Assembly (NCBI GenBank): GCA_964420115.1
Contig: CAYQQO010000002.1
Location: 726-64,725 of the forward strand
Length of the DNA stretch: 64,000 bases
Direction: 5' to 3'
Source of the DNA: an uncultured Candidatus Saccharibacteria bacterium
Lineage (GTDB): Bacteria > Patescibacteriota > Minisyncoccia > Portnoybacterales > UBA2143
The position numbers were made by a program, and so were the translations under genes. Below, one piece after another: positions 8,736 through 18,729 of the stretch (the stretch's first letter is position 1; every line of letters begins with the position of its first letter). The notes beneath the pieces are model-generated. The model saw only the letters and a list, made by a program, of their open reading frames with translations. It was not told the origin of the DNA and made no database searches.

Positions 8736-9058
8736 GATAGTAAATGAGAATTAATTAATAAAGCGACCTTTATGACTTCTAAGCCGCTCTACTAATTTTT
8801 TGCTTTTAAATAAAATTAAAAGCTCAACAAACGTATCTCGACTTATTTAGTCTACTTTATTATATGCACATATTTTAGAGAAAGTCAAATATTTCTTTGT
8901 TAATATATGCATAATATAGACATCTTTTTTTATGTAGATTATAATTATTATAAAAAAGTAAAGCTGTTATTAGGTCAGTTTAAGGTTATTTGTAATAATA
9001 GTTTTTTATTTCTTCTGAAATAGAATATAACAGCGATGAAGCGGGAGATGAATCGGAC

Positions 9059-9421
9059 TTGTCTAATATTGCCAGCGGGACAATATCGGCTTTGGATGGT
9101 TCCGAGGAGCCGAAATTATCTGCTGATATTATAGCCGAGGTTAATTTTGCTCCTCAAAGCTTTAATCCGAAAAGCCAAGGTCGTTGGATAAGCGCTCATC
9201 TTTTCTTTCCCTCCGGTTATAATTCTAATAATCTTAATATTCCCACTGTTAAGCTCAATGACAACATTTCGGCTGATGCTGGTTATAAAGGGGCCAACTA
9301 CTTTAAAAAAACAGAAACTATGAAAATAAATAAAGGGAATTTGCCATTAATAGGGTTTTTGCAATCATTGGGAGTAGTTGTTTATTGTTCTCTGGTAGCT
9401 ATTTTTTTTCTGGTCTTTTGA
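9059..9421 (+). CDS. hypothetical protein (TTG start)
   Basis: ORF in an AT-rich region with a hydrophobic C-terminus; weak support. Confidence 0.25.
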   Translation: MSNIASGTISALDGSEEPKLSADIIAEVNFAPQSFNPKSQGRWISAHLFFPSGYNSNNLNIPTVKLNDNISADAGYKGANYFKKTETMKINKGNLPLIGFLQSLGVVVYCSLVAIFFLVF

Positions 9422-9428
9422 TAATTTT

Positions 9429-9659
9429 TTGCCAACTCCGCCCGGTTTTTTGGGCTTTGTTCTGATTTTGGTAATATTTGTTTTTTCAGCGGCGGTGACC
9501 GGCTCTATTGTTTTTGGTTTTCCGGCTTATTTGGCAGTTCATAATAAAATTAAAGAGTCACTTTTAATAATTGCTTATACTCTTCTTTATTCTTTACTTT
9601 TGATTGAATTAATTACGGTTGCTGTTTTTACCTATAAAACAAGTTTAATTTTTATTTAA
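9429..9659 (+). CDS. small membrane protein, hypothetical
   Basis: 76 aa, two hydrophobic helices. Confidence 0.3.
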   Translation: MPTPPGFLGFVLILVIFVFSAAVTGSIVFGFPAYLAVHNKIKESLLIIAYTLLYSLLLIELITVAVFTYKTSLIFI

Positions 9660-9706
9660 ATAAAAAAACAGCAAGCCATATGTTTTGATACTGGAATATA
9701 GCCGCC

Positions 9707-10546
9707 TTGCTTTATATGACGAAGGAGGCGGTTTTTGTTAAAATATTAATTATGTTAGAGCCAATAGTTTTAGGGATTATCCAGGGGATTGCCGAATGGC
9801 TGCCAGTCAGCTCCGAGGGTCTTTTAGTTTTAACTAAAATCAATATTTTTGGCAGTCAGGACGGGATAGAATCAATTATTAAAGAAGCTCTTTTTTTGCA
9901 CTTGGGGACATTTTCAGCCGCCCTTATTTATCTTCGCAAAGATGTTGTTTCTCTTTTAAGGAGCTTTGTTAATTACCGCTCAACTGACGAAATTACTAAA
10001 AAAACATTAAACTTTTTAATTATAGCCACTCTTGTTAGCGGTTTGTTGGGTTTTTTGATTATTAATATTTTCATCAATTTAGAAAGCGGCACAAGTAGTG
10101 CCGGAAAAATTATTACCTTAATTGTTGGCATTTTGTTAATAATCACAGGAATTTTACAAATTAAAACACCGCGGGATGGATATAAAAGATATAAGGATTT
10201 GAATATTAAAGACGGGCTTTTATTAGGCGTTGCCCAGGGATTTAGCGCTTTGCCCGGCTTGTCTCGTTCCGGCTTTACTGTTTCTGCTCTTCTTTTGAGA
10301 AAATATGGCAATTACTACGCTTTAAAATTAAGTTTTTTAATGAGTCTGCCGATTGTTTTAGGAGGAAATATTATTTTAAATCTTAACAACATTGCTTTTT
10401 CAGTTAGGGGGCTTATCGGCCTTCTTTTTTCTTTTCTTGCCGGCTTGTTGACTATTGATCTTTTGTTAAAAGTGGCCAGAAAAATCAACTTTGGATATTT
10501 TGTTTTAATTTTTGGGCTACTGACTATTATTGCTGTTTTTATTTAA
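9707..10546 (+). CDS. uppP: undecaprenyl-diphosphate phosphatase
   Basis: GIIQGIAEWLPVSSEGLLVL matches the UppP/BacA motif and the protein has about 8 TM helices. The true start may be ATG 9716 or 9752. Confidence 0.8.
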   Translation: MLYMTKEAVFVKILIMLEPIVLGIIQGIAEWLPVSSEGLLVLTKINIFGSQDGIESIIKEALFLHLGTFSAALIYLRKDVVSLLRSFVNYRSTDEITKKTLNFLIIATLVSGLLGFLIINIFINLESGTSSAGKIITLIVGILLIITGILQIKTPRDGYKRYKDLNIKDGLLLGVAQGFSALPGLSRSGFTVSALLLRKYGNYYALKLSFLMSLPIVLGGNIILNLNNIAFSVRGLIGLLFSFLAGLLTIDLLLKVARKINFGYFVLIFGLLTIIAVFI

Positions 10547-10567
10547 TTCCCTTTATTTTATTATAAA

Positions 10568-10596
10568 AAAAGCAAACTTGCTTCTTTTTTTGTTTT
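10568..10596 (+). terminator. putative rho-independent terminator
   Basis: AAGCA-aact-TGCTT hairpin followed by CTTTTTTTGTTTT, after uppP. Confidence 0.45.
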
Positions 10597-10682
10597 GAGT
10601 TAGAATTTAGAAACATAAGTAAAAATATATTTTATCCTAACCACCCTAAGGAGATAAAAGGGGTGGCTTTTGTGGCCTTATT

Positions 10683-12515
10683 ATGCCAATTTTTAATCTT
10701 AAATCAAAATATAGAGCCTCTGGCGACCAGCCTCAAGCAATTGAAAAATTAGTTGAAGGGACTAAAAAGAATCATCGTTATCAGACGCTTTTGGGGGTAA
10801 CAGGCAGCGGTAAGACATTTACCATGGCTTCTGTTCTTTCGCATTTTAACATGCCTGTTTTAATTATTGCCCCCAATAAAGCCTTGGCGGCCCAGCTTTA
10901 CCGGGAATACAAAAATTTTTTTCCTGATAATTCTGTCAACTATTTTGTTTCTTATTACGACTATTACCAGCCGGAAGCGTATATGCCGACAACAGATACA
11001 TATATAGACAAAGAGGCAATGATTAACGAGGAAATTGATCGTTTGCGCCATCAGGCGACAAGCGCGCTTATGGCAAGGAAAGATGTTATTATTGTCGCTT
11101 CTGTTTCCTGTATATATAATCTGGGGGTTCCTTGGAACTATCAGGAAGCATCAGTTCATTTAGAAATTAAAAAACCCATTACCAGAGGCGATTTGATAAG
11201 GCAGTTGGTAAGAATTCAGTTTGAGAGAAGCGGGGGGGTTTTAAAAAGAGGGCAATTTAGAGCCAGAGGAGATATTTTTGAAATAATGCCAGCCGGAGAA
11301 AATATCTATTACAGAATTGAACTGGACGAGCAAAAAATTAAAGAAATAGCTGTGGTTGATCCGACAACAAGAAAAATAGAAAATGTTTTAAAGGAGATTG
11401 TTATTTTCCCGCCCAAGCACTTTATCAGCAACCAGCCGAAAATAAGGGCTGCGATAAAAGAAATTAAAAAAGAATTAAACGAAAGAATTAGGCATTTTAA
11501 AAAGGAAAAACTTTATTTGGAAATTGAACGGCTTTCAAGAAGAACAAAATATGATATGGAAATGCTGGCCAATGTCGGTTTCTGCCACGGAGTAGAGAAT
11601 TACTCGCGTCATTTAACGGGCAAGCTGGCCGGTGAACCGACGGAAACGCTTCTTTCATATTTTCCTTACAAAAATAAAAAGGCGCAGTTTTTAACCATTA
11701 TTGATGAATCTCATATTGCCCTTCCTCAAATTAGAGGAATGTATGAAGGAGACAGAAGCAGAAAAAAGACATTAGTCCAGTACGGCTGGCGTCTGCCTTC
11801 TGCTTTGGATAACCGCCCATTGAGATTTGATGAATTTGAAAAAAGAATTGGCCGGGTAATTTTTACTTCGGCTACTCCCGGGCCATGGGAAAGAGGTAAA
11901 TCTTCTCAAATTGTTGAACAGATAATCAGGCCGACAGGGCTGATTGACCCGCCTGTTGATGTTAGGCCTGTCTATCAAAGAAAAGAAAACAAAAGCCAAA
12001 TTGATGATTTGATAAAAGAACTAAAAATTATTGGCCAAAAAAGAGAGAGGGCGATTGTTAACACCCTAACAAAGAAAATGGCCGAAGATTTATACAGCTT
12101 TCTTTTAAAAGAGGGTTTTAAAGCGAATTACCTCCATTCAGATATCAAAACTCTCCAAAGAGCAGAAACTTTGATTGATTTTAGAAGAGGCAAATTTAAT
12201 ATTTTAGTCGGAGTAAACCTTCTGCGGGAAGGTCTTGATTTGCCGGAAGTAACGCTGGTGGCAATACTTGACGCGGACAGAGAAGGATTTTTAAGGAGCG
12301 AATCATCTTTAATTCAGACAATGGGCAGGGCGGCAAGAAATGTTTCCGGTAAAGTTATTTTATATGCTGACAATGTAACCGATTCAATGAAAAGAGCGAT
12401 AAGGGAAGTTGAACGCCGCCGGGAAAAGCAAAAAGAATACAACAAAAAACACAATATTGAACCAAAAAGCATTGTGAAGGATATAGAAAGCTTTATTGAG
12501 TTGGGGAAAAAATAA
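10683..12515 (+). CDS. uvrB: excinuclease ABC subunit B (lacks the C-terminal UVR domain)
   Basis: The N-terminus aligns residue-for-residue with UvrB (SGDQPQAI, GVTGSGKTF, YVSYYDYYQPEAY, the helicase motifs). It ends at ...SFIELGKK, where E. coli UvrB continues with the UVR coiled-coil. Confidence 0.9.
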   Translation: MPIFNLKSKYRASGDQPQAIEKLVEGTKKNHRYQTLLGVTGSGKTFTMASVLSHFNMPVLIIAPNKALAAQLYREYKNFFPDNSVNYFVSYYDYYQPEAYMPTTDTYIDKEAMINEEIDRLRHQATSALMARKDVIIVASVSCIYNLGVPWNYQEASVHLEIKKPITRGDLIRQLVRIQFERSGGVLKRGQFRARGDIFEIMPAGENIYYRIELDEQKIKEIAVVDPTTRKIENVLKEIVIFPPKHFISNQPKIRAAIKEIKKELNERIRHFKKEKLYLEIERLSRRTKYDMEMLANVGFCHGVENYSRHLTGKLAGEPTETLLSYFPYKNKKAQFLTIIDESHIALPQIRGMYEGDRSRKKTLVQYGWRLPSALDNRPLRFDEFEKRIGRVIFTSATPGPWERGKSSQIVEQIIRPTGLIDPPVDVRPVYQRKENKSQIDDLIKELKIIGQKRERAIVNTLTKKMAEDLYSFLLKEGFKANYLHSDIKTLQRAETLIDFRRGKFNILVGVNLLREGLDLPEVTLVAILDADREGFLRSESSLIQTMGRAARNVSGKVILYADNVTDSMKRAIREVERRREKQKEYNKKHNIEPKSIVKDIESFIELGKK

Positions 12516-12520
12516 AAAAA

Positions 12521-15037
12521 ATGGAAAACAAAATAACCATTAAAGGGGCAAGGGTTCATAATCTAAAAAACATAGATTTGGAACTGCCCAAGAATAAGAT
12601 AATTGTTTTTACCGGTGTTTCGGGGAGCGGCAAGTCTTCTCTGGCTTTTGATACTATTTTTGCTGAAGGCCAACGCAGATATATTGAATCGCTTTCTCCT
12701 TATGCTCGTCAGTTTTTAGGCGAAATGGAAAGGGCTGATGTGGATGAGATAACCGGCCTTTCTCCAGCCATTGCTATCGGCCAGAAGGCGCTTTCGCGAA
12801 ATCCTCGTTCAACTGTCGGCACATTAACGGAAGTTTATGATTATTTGCGAGTGCTGTTTGCTCGTTTAGGAGAGGTTTATTGCCCTGAGTGCGGTTTAAG
12901 GATTGAAAAATTATCTTTGGAAGAAATGGTTGATATTATTGTAAATGAAGCTAAAAAATCAAAAATAAAAGAAAAGGGGGGAACTATTACTATTTTATCG
13001 CCGGTTGTCCATGGAAGAAAAGGCGAATATTACCAGCTTTTATACGACTATCTTTCTTTGGGTTATTCGCAGGCAAGAATTGACGGGCAAGTTCGTTCTC
13101 TTCATGAAAAGGTTGTTCTTCCCCGCTACAAAGCCCATAATATTGATATTATTATTGATCGGGTGATGGTTGCTGATGAAAGCAGATTATTTGAAGCGGT
13201 GGAAAACGCTTTAAATTACAGTAAGGGATTGGTAGGCGTTATTTTAAATGAAGAAACAAAAAGCCCGCAGGAGTTTGTTTTATCTTCTAAGTGGACATGC
13301 CCCAAGGATAACTTTACTTTTCCCGAAGTAGAGCCGCGCCTTTTTTCTTTTAACAGTCCTTATGGCGCTTGTTCTTCTTGTTCGGGCTTGGGCAGGGATG
13401 ATTTGTTTTTAAAAAATATTTGTCCTAGTTGTCATGGCAAGCGTCTGAAAAAAGAGACCTTGTCTGTCAAAATTAACAAGCACAATATTTATCAATTAAC
13501 CGCTTTATCAATTGATAAGCTGTTTATTTTTTTTAAAGATTATCAGAAAAGACTAACTAAAAGGCAGAAAACAATAGGCCAAAATGTTTTAAAAGAAATA
13601 TTGGATCGTTTGCAATTTTTGCTGGAAGTGGGCCTTGATTATTTGTCTTTAGAAAGAGAAGCAGAAACATTGTCTGGCGGAGAAGCGCAAAGAATCCGTC
13701 TGGCTTCCCAGGTCGGTTCTCATTTATCAAACGCCTTGTATGTTTTAGACGAGCCGACCATTGGTCTTCATGAGAGAGATACAGACAGATTAATCAAGAC
13801 AATTAAATCACTCAAAGAAAGAAACAACACCATTATTATAGTAGAGCACGATGAAAAAACTATTTCTTCTTCTGATTTTTTGGTTGATTTAGGGCCGATG
13901 GCTGGGAGAGAGGGCGGGAAGGTGGTTGTCAGTGGAGATGTTAGAAAATTATTATCTGAAGCATCACGACAGCGTTCTTTAACTTTAGATTATTTAAATA
14001 GCAAAAAGAAAGTTGTTCTGCCGGAAAATCGCCGCAAAAAAATTAGGGAAAAATTGACTATTGTTGGCGCTCGATCTAACAACCTTCAAAACATCAATGT
14101 TGATATCCCGCTTAGAAAGTTTGTTTGTTTGACCGGTGTTTCTGGTAGCGGTAAATCATCTCTTTTGTATGATGTTCTGTATAAAAATTTAACAAGAATT
14201 AAATCAAGAATTGAAAGACCTTTGGAAAATGCCAATAAAATTTTAGGAGCTGAATATATTGATAAGATTATCGCCACGGATCAGTCGCCGATTGGCAGAA
14301 CGCCGCGTTCCAATCCGGCCACATATACGGGGATTTTCACGCCCGTTAGAATTTTTTTCGCTTCTTTGGAAGAATCGCGCCAAAGAGCTTATACTCCTTC
14401 CTATTTTTCTTTCAATGTCGCTGGCGGCAGATGCGAGGCCTGCTCCGGCGCCGGTTTTAACTTGATTGAAATGCATTTTTTGCCTCCTGTTTTAGTCCAA
14501 TGCGAAGTTTGCCGCGGGAAAAGATTTAACAGAGAAATACTGCAGATAAAATACAAAGGTAAAAATATCAGTGAAATTTTAGATATGACCATTGATGAAG
14601 CGTCGGAATTTTTCAAAAACATTTATTTAATTGCTGATAAACTGAAAGTTTTGCAAAGCGTTGGTTTGGGCTATTTGCAATTAGGCCAAAGCGCGACAAC
14701 TCTCTCTGGCGGAGAAGCGCAAAGAATTAAACTGGCTAGAGAACTAACCCAGACATTGGGCAAAAGAACCCTTTATTTATTGGATGAGCCGACAGTTGGT
14801 CTTCATTACTACGATATAGAGATGCTTTTGAATGTTTTGGATAAATTAGTAGAGAAGGGAAATACAGTCGCTGTTATTGAGCATAATATGCATATGATAA
14901 AATCAGCTGACTATGTTATTGATTTAGGGCCTGAAGGCGGAGAAAAAGGAGGGCGCTTAGTTGCCAAGGGCTTGCCCGAAGAGATAGCTAAAAACAGCAA
15001 AAGTTTAACAGGCAAGTATTTGAAAAAATATATATGA
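12521..15037 (+). CDS. uvrA: excinuclease ABC subunit A (insertion domain absent)
   Basis: Two ABC ATPase modules (GVSGSGKSSL twice, LSGGEAQR twice) and zinc-finger CxxC pairs. Only about 12 aa separate CSSCSGLG from CPSCHGKR, where E. coli has an insertion domain of about 110 aa. Confidence 0.9.
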   Translation: MENKITIKGARVHNLKNIDLELPKNKIIVFTGVSGSGKSSLAFDTIFAEGQRRYIESLSPYARQFLGEMERADVDEITGLSPAIAIGQKALSRNPRSTVGTLTEVYDYLRVLFARLGEVYCPECGLRIEKLSLEEMVDIIVNEAKKSKIKEKGGTITILSPVVHGRKGEYYQLLYDYLSLGYSQARIDGQVRSLHEKVVLPRYKAHNIDIIIDRVMVADESRLFEAVENALNYSKGLVGVILNEETKSPQEFVLSSKWTCPKDNFTFPEVEPRLFSFNSPYGACSSCSGLGRDDLFLKNICPSCHGKRLKKETLSVKINKHNIYQLTALSIDKLFIFFKDYQKRLTKRQKTIGQNVLKEILDRLQFLLEVGLDYLSLEREAETLSGGEAQRIRLASQVGSHLSNALYVLDEPTIGLHERDTDRLIKTIKSLKERNNTIIIVEHDEKTISSSDFLVDLGPMAGREGGKVVVSGDVRKLLSEASRQRSLTLDYLNSKKKVVLPENRRKKIREKLTIVGARSNNLQNINVDIPLRKFVCLTGVSGSGKSSLLYDVLYKNLTRIKSRIERPLENANKILGAEYIDKIIATDQSPIGRTPRSNPATYTGIFTPVRIFFASLEESRQRAYTPSYFSFNVAGGRCEACSGAGFNLIEMHFLPPVLVQCEVCRGKRFNREILQIKYKGKNISEILDMTIDEASEFFKNIYLIADKLKVLQSVGLGYLQLGQSATTLSGGEAQRIKLARELTQTLGKRTLYLLDEPTVGLHYYDIEMLLNVLDKLVEKGNTVAVIEHNMHMIKSADYVIDLGPEGGEKGGRLVAKGLPEEIAKNSKSLTGKYLKKYI

Positions 15038-16188
15038 CAACATTGCAAAGCCAAGCTAAAAAATTGCCCGATAATCCGGGGGTCTATCTCTTTTTAGATA
15101 AAAAAGGAGCTGTTTTGTATGTAGGACGGGCTGTCTCTTTAAAAAAAAGGGCGGCTAACTATTTTCAGAAAAACTTAGACCCGAGAATATCAGAAATGAT
15201 CAGCCTGGCTTTTAGGATTAAACACTATAAAACAGAATCAATTTTAGAGGCCGTTATTTTAGAAGCAAATTTAATAAAAAAGCACTGGCCAAAGTATAAT
15301 ATTAAAGACAGAGATAACCGTTCTTTTTTATATTTGGTTATTCCCAAAAATGATTACCCGCGGCCGATAATTGTCAGGCGAAGGGAATTAGAAAAGTTTC
15401 TGTCCAATGCTCATATTTTCGGGCCTTTTCAGAGTTTGTCTTTGCTTTATGGGGCTTTAAAAATTATCCGCCGCATTTTTCCTTACAGCATCTGCCAGCC
15501 AAATTCCGGCAAGCCTTGTTTTGATTATCAAATTGGCCTTTGTCCGGGATTATGCTTGGGACAAATTTCCCAAAAAGATTATCAAAAGAATATCAGAAAC
15601 ATTATCCTTCTTTTTTCCGGGCAGAAAAATCGGCTATTAAGGAAACTGGCTAAAGAAAACCCCGACAAAGCCAAAGCTTTGGGGCATATCCAAGATGTTT
15701 CTTTGATAAAAAAAGATGATTCTTTTTTTTCTAAAATTAGCAGAATAGAAGGATATGATATTTCCCATTTAACCGGCAGGGAGACATTTGGGGCAATGGT
15801 TGTTTTTTCCGGCGATCAGCCGGACAAAAGCCAATATCGTTTGTTTAAAATAAGGGGAGCGGGGAGGCGCGATGATCTGCGCGCTTTGGGGGAAACAGTT
15901 GTCAGAAGATTTAACCACAGAGAATGGCCTTTTCCTGATTTAATTTTAATTGACGGGGGCAAGCCGCAGGTTAATTTTATTGTCAAAACGCTAAAAGAAA
16001 ACTTTATTAATATCCCCTTAGTCGGCATTTCTAAGTTTGGCGGGGATAAACTGGTTTTCCCTCCTAAAGCAAAAAAATCATTAAAAGAATTAACCCAAAA
16101 TATCAAAGAAACTCTTTTAAGGGTTAGAGACGAAGCGCACCGCTTTTCTTTAAAATCCAGCCGAAGAAGCAGAAGAATTAAAAAATAG
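15034..16188 (+). CDS. uvrC: excinuclease ABC subunit C, short form (GIY-YIG plus RNase H-like endonuclease domain)
   Basis: GIY-YIG N-terminus (GVYLFLDKKGAVLYVGRA), a Cys-rich segment and the endonuclease motif RDEAHRF near the C-terminus. At 384 aa it has no HhH tail, and the UvrB-interacting region is shortened. It overlaps the uvrA stop (ATGA). Confidence 0.8.
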   Translation: MTTLQSQAKKLPDNPGVYLFLDKKGAVLYVGRAVSLKKRAANYFQKNLDPRISEMISLAFRIKHYKTESILEAVILEANLIKKHWPKYNIKDRDNRSFLYLVIPKNDYPRPIIVRRRELEKFLSNAHIFGPFQSLSLLYGALKIIRRIFPYSICQPNSGKPCFDYQIGLCPGLCLGQISQKDYQKNIRNIILLFSGQKNRLLRKLAKENPDKAKALGHIQDVSLIKKDDSFFSKISRIEGYDISHLTGRETFGAMVVFSGDQPDKSQYRLFKIRGAGRRDDLRALGETVVRRFNHREWPFPDLILIDGGKPQVNFIVKTLKENFINIPLVGISKFGGDKLVFPPKAKKSLKELTQNIKETLLRVRDEAHRFSLKSSRRSRRIKK

Positions 16189-16245
16189 TTTATCTATAGG
16201 TATTTATTTGCAAATAATATTTATTTAGTATAAAATGGAAATATT

Positions 16246-16680
16246 ATGGAACATTATCCCTTAATAAGAACAATTTATTTATATTTATTCGCTTTAGTCG
16301 GGCTGGCGCTGATAATTATTGGCAGCGTTAAATTTGTTGATATGGGGCTTAAGGCCTTTATTTTTACTCAAGCTGAACAGGAAGAAAAAATTTACAATGC
16401 CCAGCCGCCAATGCCTCGTTCTATTGAAAAAATAGAGAAAATTGGCGAAGAGGGCGAGCAAGCGGCAGTGGAATTTAGCGAGGAAGAAAGAATTCTTATC
16501 TCCGAATGGCTGAATGACTACAAAAACTGGAAAGAAAGAAGCGAAGGGGTTAATTTTGTTACTGCTAGGCGTCATCGCCAGGCCTCTTCAAATTTGGCAA
16601 TGATATTAATTGGCCTGCCTCTATTTCTTTATCACTGGGGGATTATCAGAAGAGAAACGAGGAAAAATAGAGAGAAATAA
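16246..16680 (+). CDS. hypothetical two-TM membrane protein
   Basis: 144 aa with hydrophobic helices at both ends. Confidence 0.35.
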   Translation: MEHYPLIRTIYLYLFALVGLALIIIGSVKFVDMGLKAFIFTQAEQEEKIYNAQPPMPRSIEKIEKIGEEGEQAAVEFSEEERILISEWLNDYKNWKERSEGVNFVTARRHRQASSNLAMILIGLPLFLYHWGIIRRETRKNREK

Positions 16681-16703
16681 TAATTAGAGAGATAAAAGAC
16701 GCT

Positions 16704-16726
16704 AAAAAACCCTTAAGGGTTTTTTA
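16704..16726. terminator. rho-independent terminator
   Basis: AAAAAACCC-ttaa-GGGTTTTTT. Confidence 0.8.
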
Positions 16727-16796
16727 GTTTGAGATTGTTTGTTTTAATATGCTTTTGTGGTATCATTAAAACTACAGAAAGGGGGTGAAATAGGGG

Positions 16797-17006
16797 ATGA
16801 AAGATATTAATTATGACTTATTAAAAATACTTTACGCTAAAACTGATACTGTTTGGTGGCTGGAAAAGCATTGTATTAAAGACGCGGAAGAAGCTAAATG
16901 CCACAGCTTGCCGCTTTTAAAGAAAATTTTAGAGCAGGAGAAAGAAAACATTAAGGCGCTCAAAGAGGAAATAAAAATGAGAATGGATGCTGGTATTTTT
17001 GATTAA
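16797..17006 (+). CDS. hypothetical small protein
   Basis: 69 aa with an AGGGGGTG RBS 8 nt upstream. Confidence 0.35.
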   Translation: MKDINYDLLKILYAKTDTVWWLEKHCIKDAEEAKCHSLPLLKKILEQEKENIKALKEEIKMRMDAGIFD

Positions 17007-17289
17007 TCTTGTTGGATAATTTTTTAATTAAGCTTTGAGCGCAAATTTTGTTTAACAGGAGGAGGTGATGAAATATTTAACTATTTTAGGTTTGATAGTT
17101 TTTTTCGCTTGGCGCCTTGGTTTTGATTGGTTTTGTGATTTTTAAGTTTTTCCAAGCCAGCGATATGTCGTTAGTTGTTAGATGGGGGTTATTGGTTTAA
17201 CTTTAGGAACGCTGATTATTATAACTTCTTTTATAATTGAAAGAGCGCAGAACTTTTGGTTTATAGGACGGCGGTTAAGTTGGAGGAAT

Positions 17290-17339
17290 AAAAAAAAACA
17301 GCTAAAAGCTTAGAGGCATAGCGCAAGTCAGCTGTTTTT
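17290..17339. terminator. bidirectional terminator-like hairpin
   Basis: AACAGCT...(26-nt loop)...AGCTGTT flanked by an A-run 5' and a T-run 3'. It lies at the 3' end of the minus-strand glycosyltransferase gene. Confidence 0.45.
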
Positions 17340-17346
17340 AGAATAT

Positions 17347-18630
17347 TTATTGACGGAGGGTTTGGTTGTATATTTTTAAATGGTCTAAAACTAATCTTGA
17401 AAAAAGGAATTTATTTTTGACTGTTTGCTGGGCTCTTTGGCCCAGTTTTTTTTGTAGCGGTTTGTTTTTAAGGAGTTTGACTAGGTATTGGGCGGCTTGT
17501 TCCGGGCTATTCACCAAAAAGCCGTTTTCGTTATCTTTTATTTGCAGGGCTATGCCTGTTGTCTGGCCGCCGATAACCGGTTTTCCTTTCCACATTGCTT
17601 CGGTGATAGTCAAGCCGAAACCTTCTTTAATTGATTTTTGGATTATTACATCGCTGGCTGTATAAACAGCGTTGATAAATATATCATTAGAAGTCCCCTT
17701 TAAATGGGACGGGTCGGCGAAAAGAAATACATCTGGATCTTCTTTAGCTTGCTTTTTCACTTTTTTAAATACTTCTATTGCCTGGGGATCGTCATAAGCC
17801 TGAAATATGCCAGCCATAATTAATTGCAAATTAGGGATTTTATTTTTTGCCAGATAATATGCTTTTAAAGCGCCTAACGGATCTTTGAAGGGGTCAAAGC
17901 GTGAGACTTGGCTGACAATTGGCTGGTTGGTGCAAATTCCATAGAGATTAAGAATTTTTTTTGCTTCTTCTTTTCCCATTTCTTTGTTTTTGTCGGTAAA
18001 AGGGTTGATAGCCGGCATGACTATTTTTGTTTTCTTTTCTTTCAGCCATTGGGGCTTGTATTGAGAGTGGCTTAAAATAGTTAACTTGTATTTTTCTATC
18101 AATGGCTGGAGGAATTTTAAAATACTCGGGTTGGGGGAGGAAAGATCAATATGCAGCCGCAGAAGAGGAATAATGTTTTTTGGCGTATAATCAATTAGGG
18201 GTAGTGGTTGGGGGTCGTGGATAAGGATAATATCGGGTTTTTCTTTTTTTAGTAGATTTTCAAAAGAAGGGGCAATTTTATCATAAAGCCATTTTAAATA
18301 AAAATACCTTTCGTCGTCTCCTAATCTTTCTGGCTCTCCTTGCAGGAGGTTGTGTATTTTTTTAGTAATTTTAAAAAAACGTATTGGCGCTTTAATAATA
18401 TACCATTGGGAATTAATGCCGAGAGATTGTTCTAAGGGAATTTGGCTGTGGAGCAGTTCTGAAACTCCGCCGCCAAGCTGGGTGGAATTAATCTGAATAA
18501 TTTTTTTACCCTTAAGATTTTTGGAGAGGTTGGCGGCTTGTTTGAATATTTTCGGCGTTATTTCACTGTAATTATCAAAATTTCTCTGTTTTGTTTTGAT
18601 TTTTTCTAAAGAATGCATACTTATTGTCAT
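17347..18630 (-). CDS. GT4-family glycosyltransferase, TreT-like (putative trehalose synthase)
   Basis: INSTQLGGGVSELLHSQIPL...WYIIKAP...FFKITKKIHNLLQG resembles the TreT N-terminal signature. The C-terminus has EGFGLTITEAMWKGKPVI, the GT1/GT4 motif. Confidence 0.55.
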   Translation of the reverse strand: MTISMHSLEKIKTKQRNFDNYSEITPKIFKQAANLSKNLKGKKIIQINSTQLGGGVSELLHSQIPLEQSLGINSQWYIIKAPIRFFKITKKIHNLLQGEPERLGDDERYFYLKWLYDKIAPSFENLLKKEKPDIILIHDPQPLPLIDYTPKNIIPLLRLHIDLSSPNPSILKFLQPLIEKYKLTILSHSQYKPQWLKEKKTKIVMPAINPFTDKNKEMGKEEAKKILNLYGICTNQPIVSQVSRFDPFKDPLGALKAYYLAKNKIPNLQLIMAGIFQAYDDPQAIEVFKKVKKQAKEDPDVFLFADPSHLKGTSNDIFINAVYTASDVIIQKSIKEGFGLTITEAMWKGKPVIGGQTTGIALQIKDNENGFLVNSPEQAAQYLVKLLKNKPLQKKLGQRAQQTVKNKFLFSRLVLDHLKIYNQTLRQ

Positions 18631-18729
18631 TATTGCAAAATAAAGATTATCTGTCCATGATGTTTTGTGGGGTATTTTTTAATTATAAAAAGTTGTTTTA
18701 ATGGCTAAATTCTTTAAGGTAAAAAAAAT

